NCBI RefSeq assembly: GCF_006345805.1
Contig: NC_043011.1
Span: 37,336,464 to 37,400,463 of the forward strand
Direction: 5' to 3'
Source of the DNA: Octopus sinensis
Lineage: Eukaryota
Length of the DNA: 64,000 nucleotides
Positions 14,213 through 26,881 of this stretch are shown here, one piece after another. Every line of letters starts with the position of its first letter. The first letter of the stretch is position 1. Below the pieces are notes generated by a model. That model was not told the DNA's origin. It did no database searches and saw only the letters and a program-made list of their open reading frames with translations. The position numbers and the translations under genes were made by a program.

Positions 14213-14276
14213 GTTGCACTGATGAACATATAATGCATATTCTGCATTGATTGCGAAATCACAGGTGCTATGTAAC
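14213..14276 (+). ncRNA. Type I hammerhead-like motif, monomer 1
   Basis: GTTGCA-CTGATGA-...AATGCA TATTC TGCATT...-GAAA TCAC AG GTGC T A-TGTAAC. Confidence 0.65.
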
Positions 14277-14707
14277 TAAATTCTTTTTTTAAATGATTTG
14301 CTTTGAAGTTTTGCATTCGGTAAAATTTTGTTTATTTTAGTAGTTTTGACCGCATTAGTCCCTCTTTAGCGCGTGGTATCTACGAATAGTAGTACCCTCA
14401 ATATAATATAAATAAATATTTTCAAAGTGGAAAAATTTACGAATTTTTTCTGTTACGAGGTTTTTTACGCTAACTACTGATAATTTGTTTTAAAGATTTT
14501 ATCCTCAATTATTAAGTTATATTTTTCACCGGAATAGTTCAATACTGAATTTTTATTCCGAGTAAGCAATTTGTACCGAAATGCATTGCGAATAAGCCCG
14601 CCATTTTCATAGATATGTAAAGATAAACATTCGTACATGCTACGACGAATTCTACGGTTGGCTATCGAGCTTGTAACGTTATGTGTGTTCTTATATATCT
14701 TGAGTTC

Positions 14708-14771
14708 GTTGCACTGAGGAACATAGAATGCATATTCTGCATTAGTTGCGAAATCATATGTGATATGTAAC
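14708..14771 (+). ncRNA. Type I hammerhead-like motif, monomer 2
   Basis: GTTGCA-CTGAGGA-...AATGCA TATTC TGCATT...-GAAA TCA TATG TGA T A-TGTAAC; helices I and III pair fully, AUA site. Confidence 0.7.
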
Positions 14772-14928
14772 TAAATTCTTTTTTTAAATGATTTGCTTTG
14801 AAGTTTTGCATTCGGTAAAATTTTGTTTATTTTAGTAGTTTTGACCGCATTGGTTCCTCTTTAGCGTGTGGTATCTACGAATAGTAGTACCCTCAATAGA
14901 ATATATATAAACATATATATATATACAT

Positions 14929-14965
<37 letters not shown>

Positions 14966-14981
14966 CATATAATATACATAT

Positions 14982-15012
<31 letters not shown>

Positions 15013-15098
15013 GTATGTATATATAATATATATATATGTATATATATATACATCTATATATATGTATATATATACAGACATACAATATATAACATATG

Positions 15099-15168
<70 letters not shown>

Positions 15169-15174
15169 TGATTC

Positions 15175-15460
15175 AAATCCACCCAAGGCATTGAAAATTT
15201 TCAATAAATTATGGTTTGTTACATATTATTTTGTTGTGAATCGTAATATTCCTTAAATAATAGGTTTAAGTATAAATCTTGGTTTATAAATATTCAAATT
15301 AAAATCGAAAAACGGTGATGTAGCGTTAAATTAATTTATCAACTGCAAAAATTCAGCATGTTCCCTTACAGCTGTTTCGATTTCGCCCCAAACATGTAAA
15401 TTCCAATAATTAAAACATTTTGTTGGGCAAAGTCTGATCAGTGGATTAAAAAAGATATAT
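15175..15460 (-). mobile_element. AT-rich repeat with degenerate hammerhead-like motif at 15367-15441
   Basis: Minus strand CTGATCAG...GAAAC AGCT GT A, with palindromic helix III and a G8-to-C change. Confidence 0.4.
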
Positions 15461-15579
15461 CGTTAAGTTAATACATGGTATTCTTCCAAAATACTTCAAC
15501 AAACTACGTATATATATATAATTTTAATAAAAGTGTAAAATGAATTAATCCATAAATTAATTAAATTGATCAATTGAAA

Positions 15580-15615
<36 letters not shown>

Positions 15616-16202
15616 TGGGATATAATTTTGGTTTTTAATCACCTGCAAGTTATAAATGCCGAAGAATTTCGTCTATGGCAATAATAAATGCGGATGATTC
15701 TATGCTGGCTTTCAGTAACTCATAAATTATTCAGTCACTTACAAACTAAACCCTTATACATATAAATACATAATCACGCAGACCCCATCACACACATGTA
15801 CTTATATGTATGTGTGTATAGATACATAGATATCTACATGAAGAGATTTACGTGTGTATGAATGTTTGCGCGCATCCATATACAAAATCTGGATTAGTTA
15901 CTATGTTACATTATATTTTATTTTATTTCTTATCTCTTTTATTTTTAGTTTGTGATGTTGCAAAATTTCTGGAAATCTGTCAAAACAGTTCCTGCTAATT
16001 CTTTCTGATTTATTATGAATCAACCACGATCGGTAAGCGATAGTATATAGGTTCCCAACTATCATATGTTACGAGACAACTAAATTTAGCCATCAGTGGG
16101 GTTGGCGTATGGAGTGCAAGTGAAAAAGAAGACAATGAAAGCTACAATTTATCTATCTATCTATATATATATCTATCTATCTCTCTACATTTAAGTATTA
16201 TG

Positions 16203-16585
16203 TAGGTGCAGGCGTCGCTGTGGAGTAACAAGTGTGCTTTCCAGCAACATAGTTCCGTGTTCAGTCCCATTGTGTGACGCTGTAGCTACTATAGCCTCTG
16301 GTTGACAAGTGTCCTGTAAGTGTACTTGGTAAGCGGAAACTGAACGAACCCTTTCATATATATATATATCTGTGTATTTGATTGTGTCTTGTGTGTGTTC
16401 GTGCGTTGTGTGTGTGAGTATGTGTGTGTGTGCTGCGTATACATCCCCGTAGCTTAGCAGTTCGGCAAAAGCGACCGATAGAAAAAGTACCAGGCTTTAA
16501 AACTAATCAGTATTGAATCGATTTGTTGGACTAAAAATACTTCAAGGCGGTGCTCCAGCATGGCTGCAGTTTAATGATGAAAATA
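16203..16585 (+). mobile_element. SINE group A, diverged
   Basis: Head and GGCGGTGCTCCAGCATGGC tail match other copies. Confidence 0.8.
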
Positions 16586-16589
16586 ATTC

Positions 16590-18450
16590 AGCTGCCCATT
16601 CTCCCGCTACATAGAAAATAACCGGAAGAGATACCTGGATGACTGTTTCATTCTTTGGCATGAGAGTATAGTGATACTTAAAGAATTCCAAACTCTTTTA
16701 AATGGACTTGACGTAAACATTCATTTCCCGATGGAATATAGCCATCAACAACTTCCCTTCCGCGAGATCCTTATTTAGAAATTTAACAACCTAGTAGTAA
16801 CTGATATATAATATAAGCACACCGACTCCAAGCAATATCTTTCGTACAACTGAAGCCACCCCTTACACACCAGAATGAATATACCCCTCAACCTAGCAAA
16901 ACGGATATGTACTGTAGTTTGTAATGATAGCACCAGAGATACACGACTAAGTGAACTGAAGGATACACTCCTCACCAGGAACTACCTACCTTCCCTAATT
17001 GACATATTCTTTCAACGTGCCCTACAGCTCACCATCCACGGACTCAGACACCTCAAGTTAAAGAAGGATTTACAACCAAAAGCCCTCCTATACATCTCCA
17101 CACACAACCCTCTGAACAATGAAGCCTTCGTCACCATCCTTCAAAACATTCCCCCGCTAAAAATGGACCACAGAATGAACTTAATCCTCGAAACACACAC
17201 CATCATATAAAGTAAGAGACAACCAAAATCTATGAAAAATTTCCTAACACAAGCCCAAATACGCCCAACGACAACACAGAAGCCGTCAGTAAAAACATGC
17301 GGAAGACCCAACTGTGGGATATGCGTCAAATTAATTGAAGGATCAGAGTTCTCCTTCAAACAGGGACAACATTTCACTGTGAAAAGCAGCTTCACATGTG
17401 CTTCGGAGGACCAAATATACTGCTTTGGCTGTGAAGAGCTATACATAGGCCAAACAAAAAGTAGTCTACGTCAAAGGAAGGCTCTGCACAGATCCCAGAC
17501 AAAATCCCGCAAAACAGAAAAATAGCTATTTCTTTACTACTCACAAGGGGCTAAACACAGAGGGGACAAACAAGGACAGACAAACGGATTAAGTCGATTA
17601 TATCGACCCCAGTGCGTAACTGGTACTTAATTTATCGACCCTGAAAGAATGAAAGACAAAGTCGACCTCGGTGGAATTTGAACTCAGAACGTAACGGCAG
17701 ACGAAATACGGCTACGCATTTCGCCCGGAGTGCTAACGTTTCTGCCAGCCTGCCGCCTTTTAAAATAGTATTCAGCCAACACATTTGCGCCAATAACAAA
17801 AATCCAAGCTTTAGAATTTTTCCACTCTACCAATTCAGGTACGAGACAACCTGTGGCAAACGAATTAGTAAAGATACTCTCTTTATTACAAAATACAGAC
17901 CCTACAACAAACGACATATCCACCATGGCCTTAGAAAAACACAAACACGCAAATATTAAAAATGATACACTCAAGAGATTCCCAAGAATTCATTAACAAA
18001 ATAGTCCCAATCACTGCTATAATCAATAAAGACTCACCTTTAGGTCACTTGACCTTTGAACATCCTACTGCTATCATACCGCCTGCATTCATTTTTTATT
18101 CTCCCTTCTCTTTCTCCTGCTTCTTATTTGTCTTCTTCCTCTCCGCCAGCTCCTTCCTTACTTTACTACTGTTTCTGCTTAGAATAACACCTATGCAAAT
18201 ATTATAAACAATATATGGAAAAGAGATGTCTTAAGAATTCAATCACTACTACGATCCACAACAAGACACTTTCAGGGCACTTGACCATTTAACATCCTAC
18301 TACCATCATGGTACTCCCGCATTTTTGTCCTCCTCCTCCTCTTCTTCTTCGTCTTCTCTACCAAGAATTCACAACGACCTCGAACCCACAACAGTAAAGA
18401 AGAGAGACAGAGACAGGCAAAACAAGTCAAATGTCCTTTGTATTTGAATA
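16590..18450 (+). mobile_element. Degenerate Penelope-like element: RT (YLDD) through GIY-YIG endonuclease and 3' region, interrupted by a SINE
   Basis: RKRYLDDCFILW (YLDD 16632-16643), FPMEYSHQQLPF, TDIYNKHTDSKQYL, NIPLNLAKRIC, CGRPNCGICVKL, IYCFGCEELYIGQT and LFITKYRP. A partial direct repeat lies near 18040-18075 and 18275-18310. Confidence 0.9.
17526..17757 (-). mobile_element. SINE group B monomer inserted in the PLE endonuclease
   Basis: Reverse complement GGCGGCAGGCTGGCAGAAACGTTAGC...GAGTTCAAATTCC. AAAATAG on both sides is a possible TSD. Confidence 0.88.
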
Positions 18451-18636
18451 CTATGCAATTATTCTTTTAAAAATATTTTCTCTTAACTTTTCGTAAATTT
18501 AATTGCTTTCCATAATTACAGTTGACAAATCTCCATGACTGAAACTGGGATAAAAATTTTTTAGCATTTTCTACCTTGACTTTTTTCCATATATAATATT
18601 ATACATACATAATACATACATACATAAATACATAAC

Positions 18637-18706
<70 letters not shown>

Positions 18707-18724
18707 TATATATATGTATGTATG

Positions 18725-18801
<77 letters not shown>

Positions 18802-21329
18802 TGCATATCTAGTTACCTGGTGAAATACAGGGAAGCGTGTATATTTGCATCAGAAACTTTCTCTCTCTGTCTTTTTGTCTGTTTGTCTGTCTCGCTCTCT
18901 CTCTCTTTCTCTCTCTGTATATATATATATATACATATGCATCTATTTGTGTATGCAATCACCCACCTTCAATTTAGCATGCGACTGATTTAGTATCGGA
19001 TTTTTCTAATTGGTCTTACAGTGTTCATTTTAATTAGTTTTTCTGACAACACAGCTGTTTCACTGATAATTGAACAGACATTACTTTAAATCTTTCCTCT
19101 CGGGTGTTTAAATTTATTTATTATTTTAATTCATATCTGACTCAATATTAGTTTCCTATATTCATTATGGTTACGTACGGATAGAAATTTCCTGCGATTT
19201 CATTATAATTGTAATTAGATGCTATATTTTAACAGCAAAAATTTATTCTCAAAATGTTATATAAAAGTAACAATGAAAGTAATAACTCATGCATTTTAAT
19301 TAATAATTATAACTCTGAAGTAGGATATTGTAGAGTCTTAAATGTGAAATATGCAAATTTGTTTTCATTATAAAGTATTTTAAGTCATCGAGCGAATAGA
19401 ATCGTCAGCGAATCGGAGAAGAAGCTTTGCAGCTTCTCTTCCGATTGTTCATTTTCTGGAGTCAGATTTCAACGACGCCGACTTTTCCTTCCATTGTTTT
19501 TGGAACAATCTAATATGCACTAATAGAACAACCGGCGTAGTTGTAATTCCCTTAAAACCGTTGGACCTTTGCCCAAATTATGAACCTTTATAGCGTTTTT
19601 TTTTTGTGTGGTTGAATATTGCATATTAGTTACAAATACCCGAGGAATGGAATTAAATATTGAATACGAAAGTAAAAATAGGAAATAACTCTAAAATCAG
19701 TAAAAACAACAAGGCGAAATGATGGAAAATAATCGAGAAATACACAGAAAAAGTGAAAATATATGTTTGTAGTTTTTATGAGTATTTGAAGAAAATTAGG
19801 TAAGCATCCATTTAATAAAGCTGTTTATTTGAACATCTGTGTAGATTATCTACAGCAACACAGTAGGATGATTAATAGTACTGCATCTCAGATTTTGATG
19901 CGAACTTAGCCATACAGAACATCGAGTATAGAATACGACATCAGTACTAAGAAAATCTCTTCACAGACACACACACATGTACGCACACACACATGCACAC
20001 ACACTCTTATATATAATGGTTTATCATATATTTATCATGCCACTCGATATCACAACAATATTGCATTTATTCATTTTATTATACACTTTCATTGCTATCA
20101 AACCAATGGAGCAGATGTTTAAGTGCATCTTACTCTTAATTATTATTGTTCATTCCAAAGTGAGTCGTGAATGAGCTCACCTATGTTAGTAATTATTATA
20201 ACGATCTATTCGTTTAATTTGCCAATATAATATAAATACAAGTAAATTAAATGGATTAATCCAGTTTGAAGTTGGTAATGCATGATTTCAGAAATAATTC
20301 GATGCTATTTTAAGCAAGTCAGACGACTGCGAAAACAACAGTCGGTGAATTACAGTTATTTTCGAGGATATGAGGATTCGAGGATGTTTTGAAATTGTAG
20401 CAGTTTTTCTTTATATAGAGACACATGAATGACAGATGTTAGATTCAAAGTCCTTTCGAAATCTGCTTCAGTGTATTGCAGCATTATAGAGCAGCAGTTG
20501 ATTGTTATACATTGTACTCATTCATATGTGAAATTACTTTGTCCTACACTGTTGCTATAGAACGAGGACTGTATCCACATACCATGTGTAAGCAATTCAT
20601 ATCGTCAGTATATCCGGAACAATGGGCAGGAGACCTAGGCAGTAGATCAAGTGCAATGACCTCCGATGATGTCCATAGTTTTAGTGGGAAAATGTAACGG
20701 CTTTTTATTCTGATAGGACATTATGGAAGTGCTATCTGGGTACTCTACTCCCACGACACTCCCAGGAATAATAAGTTGCGAAAATAGATTGAGGACTTGA
20801 TAGAGTATAAATGGTCGAAGAAGTGATGTTTGGGAACAATATGTATCAACCCTGCAGCTTATCTCATCATTACGTCTTAGAATTTCTTGTTATCAACATT
20901 ATTATTATGACAATTGTGTAAATCATTTTTGGACATAAATGACGTGAACAAATTATGTCATCAATTTATATGAGATCGATAATATTGCTTTCAACATATC
21001 CGCACCACAGACGTAGATATATTGCAGACATGGCCTGCGTAATATATATCAATATATACATTAATATATATTCTGCTCAATATATATCAATAAATGCATG
21101 AGTGATAACGATACTCAATATTACCTGATTAATTTCTGCCCCAAAAACATTTGTACAATTGAAAGCATAAGCATAAATGTATAATTTACGTTATTAACGT
21201 ATTTGTATAATTGATGTCATGAACACTTCTGAGCAACTTTTACCATCAATCGCAGTAAAGTCGTTGTATTTTCGGCGCAGTGACATCAGATCGTATGTAA
21301 TTACTTCATAGCAATATGCAGTAAGACCT

Positions 21330-21435
21330 AGTTGTTGATGATGATAATGACGACCTCGACGAAGGCGACGACGATGATGATGATGATGGTGATGATGATG
21401 ACGATGACGATGATGATGATGATTATGACGATGAC

Positions 21436-21471
<36 letters not shown>

Positions 21472-21680
21472 CGGAGGGAGGAAGGGGAATAGGAGGATAA
21501 GCGATACGGGTTGGGGGAGTAGAACAAGGAGATGGAGGAGGAGAAATTTGATGATCACAACGAGGAAGGTGTTGACAAATGAATTTGATGATGATGACGA
21601 TGACGATGATGATTATGACGATGATGATGATGATGATGATGATGATAATGATGATGATGATGATGATAATGATGATGAAT
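21330..21680. repeat. (GAT/GAC)n repeat with purine-rich spacer
   Basis: Directly visible. Confidence 0.95.
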
Positions 21681-22264
21681 AAGACGGCGGTGATATTTAT
21701 AATATGAGCGGCAATTAGGGGAACAGAATCTGTACGGGAGCCCGCAAGACATAACATTCTCGATCTGAGATAAGAGACCTAAGGTTTTTGTTGACTGATT
21801 CAACTACATCCTCTCGTTGTTTGGTTTCTTAGCGATATGCATTTGGTTAGCAAACATTCGACCGAAAACATTTCTCTTCGGATCTTCGGACAATTACCTG
21901 TGTTTATGGAACTCCACATGTCACTCTTGGCTTCCATCGAGTGCAGTCTGTTACATCACAAGATTGCGATACGTGATGATGGAGATAGCCCTGACACACA
22001 CACATTCTCTGTGGACAATGGTTTGGTTTGGTTTCTCACGCTCTCCCTCCTAAGCATCAACCTCAACCACCAACGGTTTTGAGTATGGCTGTCAATTCCA
22101 TTACTATGAAAACGGCTACTGGTTCTACGTGGTAAAGTTAACCGCATTAGTAAGATCTAAGGTTTTCTGCAGCAGAATGACTTTACTTTCGCAAAGGCGT
22201 CAACAAGCCTTTCGTTTTTACTAGCTATTTCATTTCTAAGCTCATTTAGCGATAGTTCACCCTT

Positions 22265-22472
22265 TTGGTTTTTTACTTTTTCACTGCGTCCATGCTGGAG
22301 CACCGCCTTTAATTGAGAAATACGACTCCAGAACATATTCTCTGTAAGCCTAGTACTTATTTTATAGGCCTCTTTTGCCGAACTGCGAACTTACGGGGTC
22401 GTAAAGACACCAGCTTCGGTTGTCAAGCGATATTGGGTGGGGGAACAAACACAGACACACAAACATATACAG

Positions 22473-22540
<68 letters not shown>

Positions 22541-22705
22541 TATATATACACGAAGGCTTCTTTCAGTTTCCGTCTACCAAATCCACTCACAAGGCTTTGG
22601 TCGGCTCGAAGCTATAGTAGAAAACACTTGCCCAAGCTGTCACACAGTGAGACTGGACCGGGAGCCATGTGGTTGATAAGCAAGCTACTTACCACACAGC
22701 CACTG
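22265..22705 (-). mobile_element. SINE group A, near full length
   Basis: Reverse complement of the group A head, internal (CA)/(TA) tract and tail. Confidence 0.88.
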
Positions 22706-23130
22706 CAATGCCTTTCCAGACAGCCGCTCCTTCTCTGATTTTTCCCCATCATAAAAGGATATGTGTACTACTATGTGAATGTTATTCATGGTCATTAGAT
22801 TATAACTGTCGCATCGGTCGTTACCACTTGTTTTGGCCGAGAGGACATTTAAATACATGAATCACCCCAAGCTATGAGAATTATGAATGTCTTTGTATTT
22901 TTTTGTAGAAAGGTTTTTCATGAGTTTTATTTTTGAATGTGTAACAGATGTGCTGCTTTTCTATAGTGCTAAAGGTTAAGATCTTTATCTCAACGTCTTC
23001 TATAGATCACGGTTGTGATTGTCTCTGGTCTTCCTACGTCAGGAGTCTCCAATATAATAATGAGCGTGGTGTTTTTATATATCTGTATATATATATATAT
23101 ATATAATATATATATATATATTATATATAT

Positions 23131-23173
<43 letters not shown>

Positions 23174-23761
23174 GTATATATATATATTTGTCCAGAATTA
23201 CGCCGGAAGCGGAGGAGGAGAGAAAATATTAATTAGTGAAGGAGAAATAGTGATTGCTCTGACTCAAAGGGAGTAAGGGAGTGAGAGAAAGTAATAGTAA
23301 TGAGAGAAAGGAATGGGTGGTAGGTGAGTAAGGAAGGAAAGGGTGAAAAAACTGAGCGCTTCAACTCTGTGTGAGTATATGTGTGTATGTGTGTGCATGT
23401 ACAAGAGAAATATGTGAATATTTGTATGCATGATTATTATGTGCCTTATTTTGTACCTTATTTATATATAAAGTACTACAAGTAGCCGTCATTATTGACG
23501 ACACATTGTCAGCTAGTAACTGTATATCCATTATTATTACACGTGGCCACGTATAATCGAATGTTACACCCGTTCCCTGTTCCTACAACGTTTGACAGAT
23601 AAAGTCAAAACTAACCAAACGTTAGGCATCGTTACACATGAATCTGTGCGTGACGCTTGTGGAGCTTCTTCCCAAATACTGTGGATACATCTTAAAAGCA
23701 GATACCGTGCGTTCTGTTTGCGCTTGCACGTCCGCCCCATTTTAAGTTTAAATAATGAAAC

Positions 23762-24150
23762 TTGGATGGATGGAAGCACTCCGTCGGTTACGACGATGAG
23801 GGTTCCCGCTGATCCGAATCAACGGAACAGCCTGCTCGTGGAATTAACGTGTAAGTGGCTGAGCACTCCACAGACACGTGTACCCTTAACGTAGTTCTCG
23901 GGGATATTCAGCGTGACACAGAGAGTGACAAGGCCGGCCCCTTGAACTACAGGTACAACAGAAACAGGAAGTAAGAGTGAGAGAAAGTTGTGGTGAAAGA
24001 GTACAGCAGGGATCACCACCATCCCCTGCCGGAGCCTCGTGGAGCTTTTAGGTGTTTTCGCTCAATAAACACTCACAACGCCCGGTGAATCGAAACCGCG
24101 ATCCTATGACCGCGAGTCCGCTGCCCTAACCACTGGGCCATTGCGCCCCA
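23762..24150 (-). mobile_element. SINE group C (tRNA-like head), full length with 12-bp TSD
   Basis: AAATAATGAAAC at 23750-23761 and 24151-24162; head GGGGCGCAATGGCCCAGTGGTTAGGGC...GTTTCGATTC; (TCCA)n tail. Confidence 0.9.
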
Positions 24151-24844
24151 AAATAATGAAACATATAGTGACATATCTTATTTCTATCTCAATGAAAATT
24201 ATTTCACTTGAAGTACTTCAGGAGACGCCTCCACTGCGTTTAAGAATAGGACCAGAAAACAGGTATGCAAATTTTTTTTAGTCTGTATTTAATTGTAGAA
24301 ATCTGGCTCCAGGTCTGTGTAAAATATGTTGCCAAAGATTTGATCTCTCTGGAAAATGTTTCACATCGAGTTGGACAAAACGCTAGCAAAAGACAGTTTA
24401 CGGTATACGTATTTACACTCGAAGCTAATATGCGTGAATACTATTGTTGTTGCCTGTTGTTACTGACAGCATTTCCTCTCGGTGGAATTAAAATGTCTGC
24501 TATCTCACTGTTCGTGCATGATGTTACTAATTTGCGTTGCAATTTAATTAGCATTCTGGTTTTTGTTCGATTTCTGCGTGCGACATGTAATATTTTCTAC
24601 ATCTTCAGTTTCCTTTTTGTGGGCGAGGCATGAACAGCTTATGGCGATATTCTATCTGTCTTGCGAGAGAAGGAAATGCAATTTTGTCTTGAGATAATAC
24701 AGAAAATGTTTTTCTTTTTGTTGTTTTTTTTTTGTCTCTGACTTCAAACTGTATGAGGTTACGTATGAGAATATTTGGTAATGTTTCGATTTAGTAATGC
24801 ACTTTTAAATATGGCCTGATTTTTCACTAGTGAATAATAAGGAA

Positions 24845-24888
<44 letters not shown>

Positions 24889-24912
24889 AAATAATAATAA
24901 TAATAATAATAC

Positions 24913-25050
24913 TTGATATGAGATCACCATGTCGCGCACATATGGTTGTGATGCATGTGCCTGGTGTACCCTTATCAGACGGGTAGTCATGATGGGTATA
25001 CTGGGCTTCGTATATTTTACCCCAGTGTCACTTTGATGGCATGCACTGCT
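24913..25050 (+). mobile_element. Short insert between (AAT)n arrays, probable retroelement 3' end
   Basis: Flanked by (AAT)n at 24833-24912 and 25051-25135; family not recognised. Confidence 0.4.
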
Positions 25051-25059
25051 CTCTCACTC

Positions 25060-25113
<54 letters not shown>

Positions 25114-25149
25114 TTATAAACAAATAATAATAATAAGCCAAAGATAAAT

Positions 25150-25390
25150 GTCAACATAACTTGAAGGAAGCTTAGTTGAAAAGGAGAATAACGGAGTCTA
25201 TTAACGAGACCGGGAAACATTAATATTCTGGAATAGAAGAAATAAATGAAATGAAGTTCAGCGAGAGAAAGCGAAGAGAAGAAGTATATGGTGAAGAGAA
25301 AAGGAATCAATTTTGTGATTCAGAAATTTAAACCGAGGTTGGAAGCTAAAGCACATAAACTAAAGAGATATGAATAGAGAATTGAGCAGT
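25150..25390 (+). mobile_element. R4/Dong-like non-LTR retrotransposon fragment (pre-RT region)
   Basis: LKRRITESI...KYMVKRKGINFVIQKFKPRLEAKAHKLKRYE*RIEQYRLNKL resembles the ELKQRxxAKxxKLKRYxxRxxQYRQN motif as I recall it. Confidence 0.7.
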
Positions 25391-25404
25391 ACAGATTAAA
25401 CAAA

Positions 25405-25720
25405 CTTAATAATAATAATTATTATTCTTCCACCCTTTCTTCTGGACAACATACAGCATATCGGGGACACTCTTAAGTTGGACGGCTCCGTGTAATGTCA
25501 GCATTTTTCTCGTCTTCGTATCCAAGATAATTTCCACTCCATACTGAATTGATGCTATCATACACGTATTGACTGCTTGGATTTTGTTCTATCCGGTCAA
25601 TTTTGAGGGCAACACCACCCTTAGTCTTTGGAAATATACCATCCTCAGTTGCTCTTTCATTTCTTTCCCCATTATTATTTTTTTCTTCTCAGAACTTTCG
25701 GTCTTGTTTCCTTTGTTAGA
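25405..25720 (-). mobile_element. R4/Dong-like non-LTR retrotransposon fragment (post-RT region)
   Basis: EMKEQLRMVYFQRLRVVLPSKLTG*NKIQAVNT...LDTKTRKMLTLHGAVQLKSVPDMLYVVQKKGGR resembles KSKLNGxNKIxAINT...LDRKTRKxLTMxGAxHPKSDVDRLY...GGRG. Confidence 0.8.
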
Positions 25721-25864
25721 TTCTGCGAGAGCGGACAGAAGCCTGCTATGAGAGGTCTCACAGTAACTCTTCCCACACATTATAAGCTTTGATACTTGCT
25801 TGTTAAATATCGTGGGAGACATTCAACATCCAAGTATCAATCTCAAAATCCTAGCTGTTCCCTA

Positions 25865-26060
25865 TAGAACAGTTGACAAGCTGGCAGAATCGTTAGCACG
25901 GCAGCAAAGCACTTAGCAGCATTTCGTCCGTTACATTCTGTGTTCGAATTCTGCTAAGGTCGACTTTACCGTTCAACCCATCGAAGTCAATAAAATGATT
26001 ACTACTGAAAGACTTGAGTCGATGTCATCGACTAGTCTCCTCCCACAAAGTTTCAGACCT
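25865..26060 (+). mobile_element. SINE group B, diverged
   Basis: AAGCTGGCAGAATCGTTAGCAC...GTTCGAATTC...GTCGAC. Confidence 0.7.
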
Positions 26061-26094
26061 TGTGCCTATAGCAAAAATGCTTATTATTATTATG

Positions 26095-26152
<58 letters not shown>

Positions 26153-26662
26153 TATTATTTCAGTGGCTGCGGTAGGAGTGATTGACAAAGCATCTATTCT
26201 CCTTCCAGCATGACATCTGCATTTTTACTCGAATGAAATTTGCCTCCCTTCCGTCCAATATGAACATTTCTTAGTTAATTGTAATTAACTAATCTAAGAT
26301 TAGTCGGTTCATTCATCTATACCATTTATTATATTCAGTTTGGCCTACTTAAAGGAAATATTTATAAAGAGTTTTGTGATGAAAAATAGTTCTTTATATT
26401 AACTTGTCCCACATTTCTCACAATAACATCTGCTATATCGCTTTCAATGATTTCACTCTAAATATACTCATGTCTACATCAGGATCGAATGGCCTATTGC
26501 AAGTGAAAATAGAATTTTCTTTAAATGGAAATACTACACACAGACGCACACACATACAAGCATACACACCCACCTTCGTATATGACATATATATATATAA
26601 CAACGCATGTATTAATGCATCTATACATCTATAAGTATGCATGTATATACATATATATATAT

Positions 26663-26694
<32 letters not shown>

Positions 26695-26842
26695 ATATAT
26701 ATATATTATATATATATATATATATACACGTACATATATATATATATAAACATACATCTACGTAGATACATACATACAAACACACAATCACACACGTATA
26801 AGTGTATGCATACGTACATACGCACACATACATGTATGTATG

Positions 26843-26881
<39 letters not shown>

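Larger units (their letters stand above)
13911..14898 (+). mobile_element. Non-coding retrozyme-like or non-autonomous PLE: inverted arm (13911-14048) plus two direct monomers (14049-14544 and truncated 14545-14898)
   Basis: 496-bp direct repeat. 13911-14048 is the reverse complement of 14373-14520. Each monomer has a hammerhead motif, and (TA)n flanks both sides. Confidence 0.75.

Noticed and set aside
18340-18430. Hammerhead in the 3' region of the 16.6-18.4 kb PLE
   Set aside because: Only GAAGAG...AAAACAAGTC fragments remain, too degenerate to support.
23690-23750. Ankyrin-like NGADVQAQT on the minus strand
   Set aside because: A stop lies immediately upstream, there is no acceptor and no TPLH-type continuation.
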